64,000 nt of DNA, taken from a virus. The notes under the pieces were generated by a model, which was given only the letters and a program-made list of their open reading frames with translations, searched no databases and was not told the origin of the DNA. The stretch lies in the IMG/VR virus record IMGVR_UViG_3300033181_000231, one strand, 5' to 3'. Shown piece after piece: positions 50,845 through 60,269 of the stretch. Position numbers and translations under genes: made by a program. Within the stretch, counting starts at the first letter, position 1. Each line of letters starts with the position of its first letter.

Positions 50845-53286
50845 ATGCGCGGATTCCTGCCCTGGCTGATTGTCGTCCTCTGCGTCCTCTGCCTCGCCGT
50901 CGGCGTCGTCGTGCCCGCCAACCCCCTCGGGGGGCGCGCGGTTCGCGCGGCGGCGCGCCCCCTCCTGGGGGCGGTCGTCGGCACGCCCGTCGCCACGGTG
51001 GTCGTGGCGACCTCCACCCCGACCGCGACGCCGCCCGCCGCGAACGGGTCCGCGACCGTGACGGCGGTTGCGCCCGCGCCCACCACCGCGTTCACCGTGG
51101 CCGCGCCGCTCTCCCCCGCGTCGCCCGTCTGCGACACGTTCGGGGACGGCACACTCGGCGCGTGGGTGACGGACTACGGCGCCTCGGCCGCGTGGGGCGC
51201 GACCCCGGCCCACAACACGCTCTCGTGCGCGGGGGCCGCTGCGCAAACCAACCCCGGGGCCATGCAACTCACCGGCAACGGGTCGTCGGGGGTCCAACTG
51301 CACCGCGCGATGACCGGACTTACAGCGCAGACACCCTATACCCTGACCATGTGGGTCTACGACCCCACGACGAACGGCACGAACATTCACCTCTACGTCA
51401 CGGGCTACGCCGGGGCCACGTCCTCAACCGGCCCCACGGGCGGTTACCCGCAGGGCTGGACGCAAGTCAATATCCCGTTCAGTACGGGCAATAGCAACAC
51501 AAGCGCGCAGGCGAACATCTATCTCTACAGCGGGACGCTGGCGCTCGACGACATCTATCTTCAGCAGGGGGCGACGGGGGCGGCCCCCGCGACCGCGGTC
51601 CCCTCGTTCACGCCGGTGCCGGCGGGCGGCATCAACGACCCCGGCTTCGAGAACAACGGCAGTTTTACCCCCTACTGGCAAACGCAGGCCAACACCACGC
51701 TCGCGGTCGGCGGGCAAGCCCACACCGGCACCGGGTCGGCGTTCTTTACGGCGGCGGGCGATCAGGTGTTTCAGACGGTGTCGGGCCTGAGCGCGGGACA
51801 CACCTACGCCGTCATATCCTATCTCAAAGCCAACACGGCGGGCCAGCACGTCTGTGTCGGAGCGCACGACTACGCGCCCTACGGCGGGATCGTCTCGACG
51901 TGTACCACCGGCACGACTTACGCCCCGATCACGGCTACGTTTAGCCTCGTCGGGTCGCAGACCTCAGCGGTTGTCTTCGCGGGCATGACCACGAACAACG
52001 AGTACGGCGGCGGTTACGCCGACGACTTTAGTTTGACCGACCTGGGGGTCGCCGCGACACCAACGCCGCACCCGCCCATTGCGATCCCCTCGCCCGCGCC
52101 CACGGTCCTGCCCGGCACGGCTCCCTACGGCCTGCACGCCTCGGGGAAGGCGGTCGTGGACCACGGCGGGACGGCTATCGTGCTGCGCGGGGCCGACAAG
52201 TCGAGCCTAGAGTACGCCTGCACCTTCGGCCAGTACGACACGGGCGGGACCGACAACGCCAGCATCGAGCAGATGCGGCTCTGGCACATCAACATCGTGC
52301 GCGTGCCCCTCAACGAGGGCTGCTGGCTCGGCGTGGGCGGTCTGCCCGCGGGGAGCCTCACGACCACGACCTACCGCCAGTCCGTCCGCGATTATGTGAC
52401 GCGGCTCAACAACCACGGCATGGCGGTGGTCCTGGACCTGCACTGGAGCGCGCCCTCGGTCGTCACGACCACGGCGGGGATCACCGAGACCCCACAGGCC
52501 AATATGCAGCAAGTCATGGCCGATAGGGATAACTCCCCGGCCTTCTGGTCGTCGGTCGCGGCCACGTTCGCCAGCAATACGTCCGTGCTGTTCGACCTCT
52601 ACAACGAGCCGCAGGGGCCGTCGGGGACGTGGAATTGGGCCTGCTGGCGCGACGGGGGCTGCGCGGTGCGGTCCTATCGCGGGAACGGCGGGTCGAACAC
52701 GAGCTCCTACACGGGCGACTACACCGTGGCCGGGATGCAAGAACTCCTGACCGCCGTGCGCCAGGCGGGGGCCACCAACCTTGTCCTGATGGGCGGCTTG
52801 CAGTACGCCTCTGACTTGTACCAATGGCAGACCTACGTGCCCTACGATCCCCTTCCGACGCCCAATGTCGCCGCGAGTCTCCACTTCTATAAAAATGGTT
52901 ATTCGCCGGAAGGGGCGGGCTGCGTCGGCGGCACGACCACCGCGGCGCAGGACATGGCCTGTCTCACGACCCAGCTAAAAGCGGTGGACTACGCCTACCC
53001 TGTCATCGCGACGGAGTACGGCGAGGGCGACTGCCTCTCGACCTGGGATAACCAATTCCTGCCGACGATGGACGGGCGGGGCGCGGCGGGCTACATCGCC
53101 TGGGCCTGGAACACGGACCAGGGCTGCGGCGGGCCGGGTATCGTGTCCTCGTACACGACCGGCGCGCCGACGGGCGGCGGCCAGGGCATCCACGACTATT
53201 ACGTGACGAACGCGGCGCTCCCATCGTTCTACGCGCCGACCCACCGCGACCATTCGCGGCCCATCCCCCCGCGCAGGAGGAGGTAG
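50845..53286 (+). CDS. Secreted GH5 glycoside hydrolase with two N-terminal CBM-like domains
   Basis: Signal 'FLPWLIVVLCVLCLAVGVVVPA'. 'NIVRVPLN', 'VLDLHWS', 'FDLYNEP', 'VIATEYG', 'YIAWAWN'. Confidence 0.9.
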   Translation: MRGFLPWLIVVLCVLCLAVGVVVPANPLGGRAVRAAARPLLGAVVGTPVATVVVATSTPTATPPAANGSATVTAVAPAPTTAFTVAAPLSPASPVCDTFGDGTLGAWVTDYGASAAWGATPAHNTLSCAGAAAQTNPGAMQLTGNGSSGVQLHRAMTGLTAQTPYTLTMWVYDPTTNGTNIHLYVTGYAGATSSTGPTGGYPQGWTQVNIPFSTGNSNTSAQANIYLYSGTLALDDIYLQQGATGAAPATAVPSFTPVPAGGINDPGFENNGSFTPYWQTQANTTLAVGGQAHTGTGSAFFTAAGDQVFQTVSGLSAGHTYAVISYLKANTAGQHVCVGAHDYAPYGGIVSTCTTGTTYAPITATFSLVGSQTSAVVFAGMTTNNEYGGGYADDFSLTDLGVAATPTPHPPIAIPSPAPTVLPGTAPYGLHASGKAVVDHGGTAIVLRGADKSSLEYACTFGQYDTGGTDNASIEQMRLWHINIVRVPLNEGCWLGVGGLPAGSLTTTTYRQSVRDYVTRLNNHGMAVVLDLHWSAPSVVTTTAGITETPQANMQQVMADRDNSPAFWSSVAATFASNTSVLFDLYNEPQGPSGTWNWACWRDGGCAVRSYRGNGGSNTSSYTGDYTVAGMQELLTAVRQAGATNLVLMGGLQYASDLYQWQTYVPYDPLPTPNVAASLHFYKNGYSPEGAGCVGGTTTAAQDMACLTTQLKAVDYAYPVIATEYGEGDCLSTWDNQFLPTMDGRGAAGYIAWAWNTDQGCGGPGIVSSYTTGAPTGGGQGIHDYYVTNAALPSFYAPTHRDHSRPIPPRRRR

Positions 53287-53289
53287 CCC

Positions 53290-53904
53290 GTGCTCATCAC
53301 GCAGACCATCACCGTGCGCAACAGCGCGCAGGGAGGCACGCGCCTGACCGGACTCGCGCCCACGTGGGTGCAATTCGTGTCTCTGGCGACAGGCGCGGCG
53401 CTCACCGCCCCGGCCGCGCCCGTCGAGGTCGGCCGGGGCGTCTATCGCGTCAGTTACGACGCCGAGGCCAACGGAGAAGCGGCGGGGCAGATCGATGTCA
53501 CGCCCACCGGCGCGACGCCGGGCGGCGCGACGCTCGTGGAGGCCGACCGCTACGTCGATGTCCTATTCACGCGCGACAGTTCGCGCCTGCAAACGGCGTT
53601 GCCCGTCCCCGCGCCCGGTCAGACGGGGGGGCTACCGACCGTCAACGCCGCCAATCAGGTCCAGACCGACCCCTCTTTCGTGGTGGACAGCGCGGGCGGG
53701 ACGACCGTGACCTTCGCCAAGTGGCTGCAGATCGTTCTGTCGCTCCTGACACAGAAGTACGTGGTGCAGCTGAACTACCCCGCGGCGGGCCAGCAGACGG
53801 CGACCTACTATCGCCTGGACGGCGTCACCTCGACCATCAGCACGACCGTCACATTCGACGGCCAGGGTCGCCCGCTCGGTCGCGGGGTCCCCACGATCAC
53901 GTAG
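53290..53904 (+). CDS. Hypothetical virion/structural protein
   Basis: AGGAGG RBS. Beta-rich 'EVGRGVYRVSYD'. Confidence 0.6.
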   Translation: MLITQTITVRNSAQGGTRLTGLAPTWVQFVSLATGAALTAPAAPVEVGRGVYRVSYDAEANGEAAGQIDVTPTGATPGGATLVEADRYVDVLFTRDSSRLQTALPVPAPGQTGGLPTVNAANQVQTDPSFVVDSAGGTTVTFAKWLQIVLSLLTQKYVVQLNYPAAGQQTATYYRLDGVTSTISTTVTFDGQGRPLGRGVPTIT

Positions 53905-54015
53905 ACCCACTGTCCCATTCCCTGTTTCCGCTGTCTCGCCCACTGTCCCGCCCGCGCCTGTGACGCGGCGGTCCACCTGAGAGGCGCGCCGGTCGCGCGC
54001 GAGGAGAATTGACCC

Positions 54016-54450
54016 ATGGCCGCAAGTCTGTCCGCCACGCTTGAAGTCGTGATCCACGACTATATCACCGGCGGCCCCGCGCCGACCGCGACCTACGCGA
54101 CACAGTACCTCGCCGTCTTTGTCGGCGCGCTGCCGACGCCGACCGGGGGGACTGAGTGTACGGACGGCAACTATCAACGCCACCAGATCACCTGGGGCGC
54201 GGGGTCGGGCATGGCCCCGCGCACCAAGGCGTTGACCAACGGCTTCCAGGCGTTCGATAAGGGCGGGGCGACCGGCGCCGCCGCCGCTCAGCAGGTCTAT
54301 GGCCTGGGCATCTACGACGCCCCGACCGGCGGCAACCTGCTTCAGGTCGATCCCTTCGTCGACGCCAACAACATCCCCCAACCTGTCAGTGTCGCGGCAG
54401 GCGCGCCCTATAATTTCGCGGCGGCTGCTTTGGTGTCACGCATCATCTAG
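54016..54450 (+). CDS. Phage tail fiber-associated protein
   Basis: 'YLAVF...P...GGTE...GNYQR..ITW...GIYDAPTGGNLL'. Confidence 0.75.
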   Translation: MAASLSATLEVVIHDYITGGPAPTATYATQYLAVFVGALPTPTGGTECTDGNYQRHQITWGAGSGMAPRTKALTNGFQAFDKGGATGAAAAQQVYGLGIYDAPTGGNLLQVDPFVDANNIPQPVSVAAGAPYNFAAAALVSRII

Positions 54451-54546
54451 ACAGACAACAACGCCTTCACGCAACGCGCGCGGGCGTCGGCCGGCCGATG
54501 CCCTCCCCCCCCTCTTTTTGATCCGCGCTAGCAGCGGGAGGTCGTC

Positions 54547-55851
54547 GTGCCTGTCCTTCTCGATGGCGCGCGCCCGAGCGCCGCGCTGGGCGAATCGCCC
54601 GATAGCGCCAACCTGTCGGCGTTTGCCGCGCCCGCGCCCGCCGCCGGGACATTCACCGCGACGGGCGGTTTCGCGGGCGCGGGCGTCGTCTCCGTCGCCG
54701 CTGTCACGGGCGCGGCCCTGTTCGCCGCCGGGACCTTCCTCGCGGCGGCCGGGACCGTGGGCGCTCCGAGCGTGCCGGGGGCCGGGATGTTCGGCGGCGC
54801 GTGTACGCTCGGAGCGTCGCCCGTCGTCGGCGCCTCCCCCGTCACGGGTGGCGGCGCGTTCAGCGGGTCCGCGGTCGTCGCGGGCGGCGGCGCGTCGGGC
54901 GTCGCCCCGGTCGCGGGACAGGGTGTGTTCGTCGGGGCGACCACACTCAACGCCACCACCGCGTCGGGCGTCGCCACGGTCGCGGGCGCGGGCGCGTTCG
55001 TCGGGGCGACCACTCTCGCGCAGGGGGCGATCACGGGCATCCCCCCGGTCGCGGGCGCGGGCGCGTTTGCCGCCGCCGTGCCGTTTGTCGGCCCTGGGAC
55101 GGCGGGCGCGGTTGGGGTGTCGGCGGGCGGCCTCTTCGCGCTCACGACGGGACTTGCGGGCGCGGGCGTCGTTGCCGCGGCTCCGTCAACCAGCGGGGCC
55201 GCCACGGGAGCGGGGGCGTTCAGCGCGCTCGCCGCGCTCAGTGGGACGGGGCAAGTGGGCGTCGGCACCGTCACGGGCGGGGCGTCCTTCCTTGTCTACA
55301 CGGCAACGGTTGGGGCCGGGACCATTGGCCCAACGGGCGCGCTGGCCGGCCCCTCCTCGGTCGGCGCGTTCGACACCCTGATCCAGTTCGGTGGCACGGG
55401 CGTCGTGGGCGCGCCGCCCATCCTGACCGAGATCGTAGCCGCCTACGCCCTCACCCTCTCGCCGGAGGTCGGCCCCGCCGTGGCGCTGGCCCCGCCCGCC
55501 ATCGCCCCCGACGCCGCGGGCGTGGGCCTCTCGCTGCGCCTGGACGCCCTTCCGGTGGGCGCCACGGTCGTCCCCCTCGCCGCCAGCGCTGTCGTCCTGA
55601 CGCTGGACGCCGCATCACTCGCGCCGGTCCCCGCGCCGGGCTTCATCGTCACACCGGTCCCCGTGCTCGTCACGGACAGCGGAGGGACGCTGGGGACGCG
55701 CCTCGTCGTCACGCTCGGCAACGGGGCGCAATCGGACGGCGCGGCGTACCTCGTCCACCTCACGTTCAGCGTCGGCGGTTCAACGTTGGGCGTCACGCTG
55801 GGCGTCCCCTGCACGACCGAGGCCGGCGACGGCCCCGCCTACTATGCCTAA
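54547..55851 (+). CDS. Gly/Ala-rich repetitive virion protein
   Basis: Repeats of 'VAG.GAF.GATTL'. Follows the tail-fiber-type gene. Confidence 0.6.
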   Translation: MPVLLDGARPSAALGESPDSANLSAFAAPAPAAGTFTATGGFAGAGVVSVAAVTGAALFAAGTFLAAAGTVGAPSVPGAGMFGGACTLGASPVVGASPVTGGGAFSGSAVVAGGGASGVAPVAGQGVFVGATTLNATTASGVATVAGAGAFVGATTLAQGAITGIPPVAGAGAFAAAVPFVGPGTAGAVGVSAGGLFALTTGLAGAGVVAAAPSTSGAATGAGAFSALAALSGTGQVGVGTVTGGASFLVYTATVGAGTIGPTGALAGPSSVGAFDTLIQFGGTGVVGAPPILTEIVAAYALTLSPEVGPAVALAPPAIAPDAAGVGLSLRLDALPVGATVVPLAASAVVLTLDAASLAPVPAPGFIVTPVPVLVTDSGGTLGTRLVVTLGNGAQSDGAAYLVHLTFSVGGSTLGVTLGVPCTTEAGDGPAYYA

Positions 55852-55909
55852 CCCTATCGACCGACTATCGACTCAAACGGACACCGATTCACCACGCAAG
55901 GAGCACACC

Positions 55910-56236
55910 ATGGACGCGCTCGTCTACAAAGCCGCCGACCTCGACAACGCCACTCTCGCCCGCCTCGGCTCCGAGGGCTACGCCATCTTCGACCCCGCAA
56001 CGAAGGGCGACCTGCTGCTCTTCGTGAAGGACACTCCGACAGCGCCGCCACCGCCGACCGTTCCGACCGCTGGGGACGCCGCGCCCCTCCCGTCCGATGT
56101 CCCCGCGTCCGTGGAGCCTGTCGCCGCGCCGACCGAGGCCATGCCCACCGAGGCCATGCCCACCGACGCGGGCGGTGTCACGGTCGCGTTCCCGACCGAC
56201 GCCTACGCGCCCCCGGCCGACCAGCCGGCCGTTTAA
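55910..56236 (+). CDS. Hypothetical protein
   Basis: AAGGAG RBS. Pro/Ala-rich tail with a 15-bp tandem duplication (TEAMP x2). Confidence 0.55.
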   Translation: MDALVYKAADLDNATLARLGSEGYAIFDPATKGDLLLFVKDTPTAPPPPTVPTAGDAAPLPSDVPASVEPVAAPTEAMPTEAMPTDAGGVTVAFPTDAYAPPADQPAV

Positions 56237-56288
56237 CCCGACGCGCTCCACGCGCGCCCTACGCTGTCCCATTGAGGAGGAGACACCT

Positions 56289-56957
56289 ATGACCCCCGCG
56301 ACCTTCGCATCCCTGAGCGGCTTCGTGTCGCTCGCCATCCCCTACGTCGTGCTCGCCATCCTCGTGGCGGGCGTCGCGCTCGGCGCGACGCCCGCCTACT
56401 GGGCGGCGAAGGCCACCACGGCCGTCGTCAAGAACTGGGGCGCGCGGCACGTCATCGAAACGGGCGTTGAGTACGCCCAACAGTGGCTCGATAAGGCGCA
56501 GCGGTACGATGGCGCGGTCAACGTCGCCACCGCCGCCGCGCCCTGGCTCAAAAAGAGCCCCATTCTGAAGCCACTCGTCGAGGCGGCCGTCCTGCGTGTC
56601 CACACCAACCTCGGCATCTACGACGCGGAGTTGAAAGCGGCCGACGCCGGTGTCGCGCCGCATAGCGTCGCTCCGGCTGACCTTGAGGCCATCAGGACCG
56701 AGGCGCGCGCCATCGCCGCGCAGGTGGCCCAGGACACGCTGCGGGGCGTCCTGACGACCGCGCTGGGGGGCCAGGGCGTCCAGGCGACGCACGAAGCCGC
56801 CGTCACGACGCTGACCCCCGCGCCCGCGCCGGTCACGCCTACACCGACGGCCGCCCCCTTCAAGATCGTGGACGCCACCACCAATGAGGCCATCGCGGAC
56901 GTGAGGCTGCCTGCCGCTCAGACCATGCCGCTGACCGGGGGAGCGCCAACGCCATGA
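56289..56957 (+). CDS. Putative holin (LL-H-like)
   Basis: GAGGAG RBS. N-terminal TM. 'VIETGVEYAQQ...K...LVEAAV'. Confidence 0.55.
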   Translation: MTPATFASLSGFVSLAIPYVVLAILVAGVALGATPAYWAAKATTAVVKNWGARHVIETGVEYAQQWLDKAQRYDGAVNVATAAAPWLKKSPILKPLVEAAVLRVHTNLGIYDAELKAADAGVAPHSVAPADLEAIRTEARAIAAQVAQDTLRGVLTTALGGQGVQATHEAAVTTLTPAPAPVTPTPTAAPFKIVDATTNEAIADVRLPAAQTMPLTGGAPTP

Positions 56958-57550
56958 AAGCGCGCCTGATTCAGCCAATAGGCACGCGCACCTATCTGTG
57001 CCGGTATGTCGGCGCCTCCGATGGCTCCAAGATCTGCCCGCTCCCTGAGTGGGATTACCACAACGCGGAGGCGGTGGGTGGGGAGTCAAGCGAACCCGCT
57101 GAGACGTTCTGGCAAGATGACCCACGGCGTCTAGCCATGCCGTCGCATGACGACGCACGCTGGCCGTCACGGTGCGCGTGCGGCTACGTCTTCACCGAGG
57201 ACGACTCGTGGCAACTCACCTACAAACGCTGGTGGAACACCGACAGCGGCTATCCCGAACCGGGCGACCTGTTCTGGCGTCCTGACGGGGGCCTGTCACG
57301 CGACCGCCAAAAGGGGGACGAGACGCCGCACCTCTACGCGATCTGCCCCGATGGGCGCGCGTGGGACATCGACGGTGGCAGCAGCAACGGGAATGGGTGG
57401 ACGCGCACGGGCGAGCCACCCACCATCACCTGTAGCCCGTCGATCTGGACGAATATGCCACACGGCTACCACGGATTCCTCCAAAACGGAGAATGGACCG
57501 CGGATCTGAGCGGGCAGACCTTCGACGCCAAACCGTACATCTTCGCGTAA
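56954..57550 (+). CDS. Cys/His/Trp-rich protein with a DUF6527-like C-terminus
   Basis: 'W.R.GEPPTITCSPSI...GYHGFLQNGEW'. Confidence 0.6.
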   Translation: MKARLIQPIGTRTYLCRYVGASDGSKICPLPEWDYHNAEAVGGESSEPAETFWQDDPRRLAMPSHDDARWPSRCACGYVFTEDDSWQLTYKRWWNTDSGYPEPGDLFWRPDGGLSRDRQKGDETPHLYAICPDGRAWDIDGGSSNGNGWTRTGEPPTITCSPSIWTNMPHGYHGFLQNGEWTADLSGQTFDAKPYIFA

Positions 57551-57562
57551 AGGACTGACCAC

Positions 57563-58780
57563 ATGATCCGGCTCGTCAAACGGCTGCACATTCCCCTGCT
57601 GTGGATCATCGTCCTGGCGCTGCTGTTGGGAAACCTCAATGGCGCGCTTGGCACGCTGCTGGCCCAGCGCGTGATCCACGGCCTGGGGGCGCGGCGGGAC
57701 AGCGTGGCCACGATCCACGCCCACGCCCTCACCATCGACCCGCGCCTCGCGCGCACGATCGGTGGCGGGGCGACGGTGGACCTCTCCAACCTGTTCCCGC
57801 CGGTCCAAAACCAACTGAATACGAACGCGTGCTCCTCGTTCTCGCTCACCGCCATCCTCTACGCGCTGCGCATTGAGCGCGGAGAGACGCCCGCGACGTA
57901 CTTCTCGCCGTGGTATCACCGCTGGAATCTCGTTGGGAACAGCGACACGTACACGACAATGGATGGAGCCATCCGCGCTGTGTACGCGCCCAGCGGGGGC
58001 ATGGTCTACCATTGGCGGCAGGAGGGGCCGGGTCGTCCCTCGGCCACCGAGTACGCCGCCGCGACCGCGAAGAGCGCGTACTATCAGGTGTTCTCTGGCG
58101 GCGGGACGGGGACGTTTGACCAGATCGCCTACGAGGTGCGGACAGGCCACCCCGTGTGGCTCCTCTCCGACGTGCGCGACGGCATGTGGTACCTCTCCCC
58201 TGGCAACCCCTATACCGACAACCAAGGTCCACATGTGATCGGCCAACATTTTGAGGTCGTGACGGGCGTATACGGCGACTATCTCAAGGTCCGCAACTCG
58301 TGGGGCGCGGGCTACGGGCAGGGCGGCTACTGGTATCTTTCGCGCTACGGGGCCGACACGACGACGCGTGAGGCCGCCATCGTCACGCTCGGCCCCGCCG
58401 TCGTGTGGCCCGCCCCCGCGCCGCTTGCCCCGCTACCGACCGCCGTACCCACGCTGACTCCGCGCCCCGTCGCGCGTCCGACAGCGCACCCCACACCGCG
58501 CCCTAAGGCGACGCCGACGCCCCGACCAGCCCCTAGGCCGACACCCCGGCCCATCGTCCACTACCGTCAGCAGGCGGTCTACCGGACAACCCACGCGACG
58601 TTGTTGCGTCCCCGGCCCCAGGACGCCCCTAAGGGACGCACAGGGGTCCGGGCGGGGAGCATGGTGTTTGATGTGAGAGGGAGTAATAAGACGTGGTTGC
58701 ACGTCAGCACCGGCGCGCACCAGGGCTTTATCTATCGCCCCTTCGCGCGCTTCCTGCGCTTTCAACGCCAGCGTGTCTAA
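57563..58780 (+). CDS. Papain-like C1 peptidase with N-terminal TM, Pro/Thr linker and SH3b-like C-terminus (endolysin candidate)
   Basis: 'VDLS...PVQNQLNTNACSSF', 'QHFEVVTG...KVRNSWGAGYGQGGY'. C-terminal 'WLHVSTGAHQGFI'. Confidence 0.8.
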   Translation: MIRLVKRLHIPLLWIIVLALLLGNLNGALGTLLAQRVIHGLGARRDSVATIHAHALTIDPRLARTIGGGATVDLSNLFPPVQNQLNTNACSSFSLTAILYALRIERGETPATYFSPWYHRWNLVGNSDTYTTMDGAIRAVYAPSGGMVYHWRQEGPGRPSATEYAAATAKSAYYQVFSGGGTGTFDQIAYEVRTGHPVWLLSDVRDGMWYLSPGNPYTDNQGPHVIGQHFEVVTGVYGDYLKVRNSWGAGYGQGGYWYLSRYGADTTTREAAIVTLGPAVVWPAPAPLAPLPTAVPTLTPRPVARPTAHPTPRPKATPTPRPAPRPTPRPIVHYRQQAVYRTTHATLLRPRPQDAPKGRTGVRAGSMVFDVRGSNKTWLHVSTGAHQGFIYRPFARFLRFQRQRV

Positions 58781-58867
58781 CGCGACACACATAGACGGCG
58801 AAAGTTGACAAAATATATTCCTAGAATTATTCCATGAACGCGGACACAGAGAGGAGGCGGGAGTCTT

Positions 58868-59062
58868 ATGTTTGATGTAAGCCCGCACGTCGACATTGCA
58901 CAGTCACACGAACAGGCGCCGTATGGCGCTATCGGGCTGCGAGAGCTAACACTCACGGCCGAGCAAGCACAGGCTGTCACCGACATCATTGAGAATCGTA
59001 CAGCTCAATGTACGCGGCCGCACCGTCACTTTCCACCAGGGGATGAATCGCTGCTTCGATGA
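58868..59062 (+). CDS. Small hypothetical protein
   Basis: GGAGG/GGGAG RBS. AT-rich upstream region with TTGACA. Confidence 0.4.
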   Translation: MFDVSPHVDIAQSHEQAPYGAIGLRELTLTAEQAQAVTDIIENRTAQCTRPHRHFPPGDESLLR

Positions 59063-59119
59063 TCACCGGACAAGCTAGTACATCGTTCTCACCGTTGCCC
59101 GTATTACTCGCAATAGACT

Positions 59120-59156
59120 GAACCCCCGACCTCGCAGTGAGGTCGGGGGTTCTTTT
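59120..59156. terminator. Strong (probably bidirectional) terminator ending the late region
   Basis: Perfect 14-bp stem GAACCCCCGACCTC/GAGGTCGGGGGTTC plus TTTT, between convergent operons. Confidence 0.8.
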
Positions 59157-59176
59157 GTCGTCTGTGGGGGATCGGC

Positions 59177-59686
59177 CTAACGCCACCCGGCCGTAAGCCG
59201 CGCGTAGTCCGTCCACCCGTCCGCGATCTTGCGCGCCAGGTCGGCCGCCTCGCACGCCGCGTCGGTCGTCAGCAGCGCGTGGGAGCCCCAGTACGCCGCC
59301 CGCTCCCTGGCCCGTACCTCACATGCCGCCGCCAGCGCCGCGCGCCGCAGCGGCCCCCACGTCGCGTGGTCGACCTCGAGCTCTGCGTGGGCGTGGCACT
59401 GCGCCACCAATTCGTCCAGCGCGTCCAGCCGCCCTTCCTCACTCATCGTACGTCCCCCGCCGGTCCCGCTGTCCAGCCACACGGTCGGCGCGGAGGTGGG
59501 CGCGGCCGGGTTGTACGTCAGGTGCGCCTCACAGGCCCGCCCCGCCACGCGGAGGAACAGCAGCGGGCTATGGCTCGTGGGCCCGGAGACGCGCCATAGA
59601 ACGCGACAGAGCGCCGTGGCGCGCGTGACGCGGGGGTGAGCGCGCCGGTCGGGGATGGGGATTGTCATCGGTCGTTCTTCAATCAT
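59177..59686 (-). CDS. Hypothetical protein
   Basis: Last gene of the leftward operon. Start uncertain. Confidence 0.45.
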   Translation of the reverse strand: MIEERPMTIPIPDRRAHPRVTRATALCRVLWRVSGPTSHSPLLFLRVAGRACEAHLTYNPAAPTSAPTVWLDSGTGGGRTMSEEGRLDALDELVAQCHAHAELEVDHATWGPLRRAALAAACEVRARERAAYWGSHALLTTDAACEAADLARKIADGWTDYARLTAGWR

Positions 59687-59690
59687 TGGT

Positions 59691-59912
59691 CTAACCCTCT
59701 TTCTCTACATGGTTGGGGCACACCCACCCGACCGCGCGCCCATCAGCATGCGCGGCACGCACGAAGCGCCACCCAATCCGATTCATATGGCGCCTAACAC
59801 CTTGATTAGGCGTAAAAAACTCCGTAGTCATACAGCCCTCGATGCCGCACTCGACGGATACCTCGTAGTGCGCGCGCCCTTTCCATGTGTAGCGTTGGGG
59901 TGATTGGCTCAC
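59691..59912 (-). CDS. Small Cys-containing hypothetical protein
   Basis: GAGGTG RBS. 'CGIEGC...CPNH'. Confidence 0.6.
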   Translation of the reverse strand: MSQSPQRYTWKGRAHYEVSVECGIEGCMTTEFFTPNQGVRRHMNRIGWRFVRAAHADGRAVGWVCPNHVEKEG

Positions 59913-60133
59913 GCTGTCACCTCTTGCGCGCTGTACTGGATCGTCTTGTGCTCAGGGTCAAGCATCCACGCCCGCACGTCGTCGGTGATCTGATGTGCGC
60001 CCCGAGCTAGGTGCGCGTTCTCGATGACGATGTACTCGCTACGCACATGGTAGACGCGGCCCGTATTGCTGTCATAGCGCGTCAACTCGAACTCCTCGCC
60101 ATCGATGGTGAAGTACTCGCACCGAAAACCCAT
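59909..60133 (-). CDS. Hypothetical protein
   Basis: Coupled stop/start with the next gene. Confidence 0.6.
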   Translation of the reverse strand: MGFRCEYFTIDGEEFELTRYDSNTGRVYHVRSEYIVIENAHLARGAHQITDDVRAWMLDPEHKTIQYSAQEVTA

Positions 60134-60183
60134 CCTGCTTTGCTCCTGTCATGCGTTACAATGCGTGCCAACTAACTAGCAGT

Positions 60184-60248
60184 ATCTTACCACCATATAA
60201 CACCATTGTCAACACCATTTAGCACGACATACCACCATCATGTATAAT
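60184..60248. promoter_or_regulatory. Divergent promoters: leftward TTGACA-17-TAAGAT and rightward -10 TATAAT, with phased CACCAT direct repeats
   Basis: -35 at 60212-60207, -10 at 60189-60184, TATAAT at 60243-60248. CACCAT at 60191, 60201, 60213, 60233. Confidence 0.75.
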
Positions 60249-60269
60249 AAGAGTGGGAGGTCGTCGTGT

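Noticed and set aside
53905-53962. Degenerate CTGT-containing repeats in the intergenic region
   Set aside because: Irregular period (12, 9, 12, 15) and short; could be chance or coding remnant.
58420-58560. C-rich repeats resembling the pentamer arrays
   Set aside because: Codon-phased Pro/Thr/Arg linker of the peptidase, not a 5-nt period.
58805-58830. Promoter TTGACA...TAGAAT upstream of the 58868 ORF
   Set aside because: The spacer is only 11 nt; not called as a feature.
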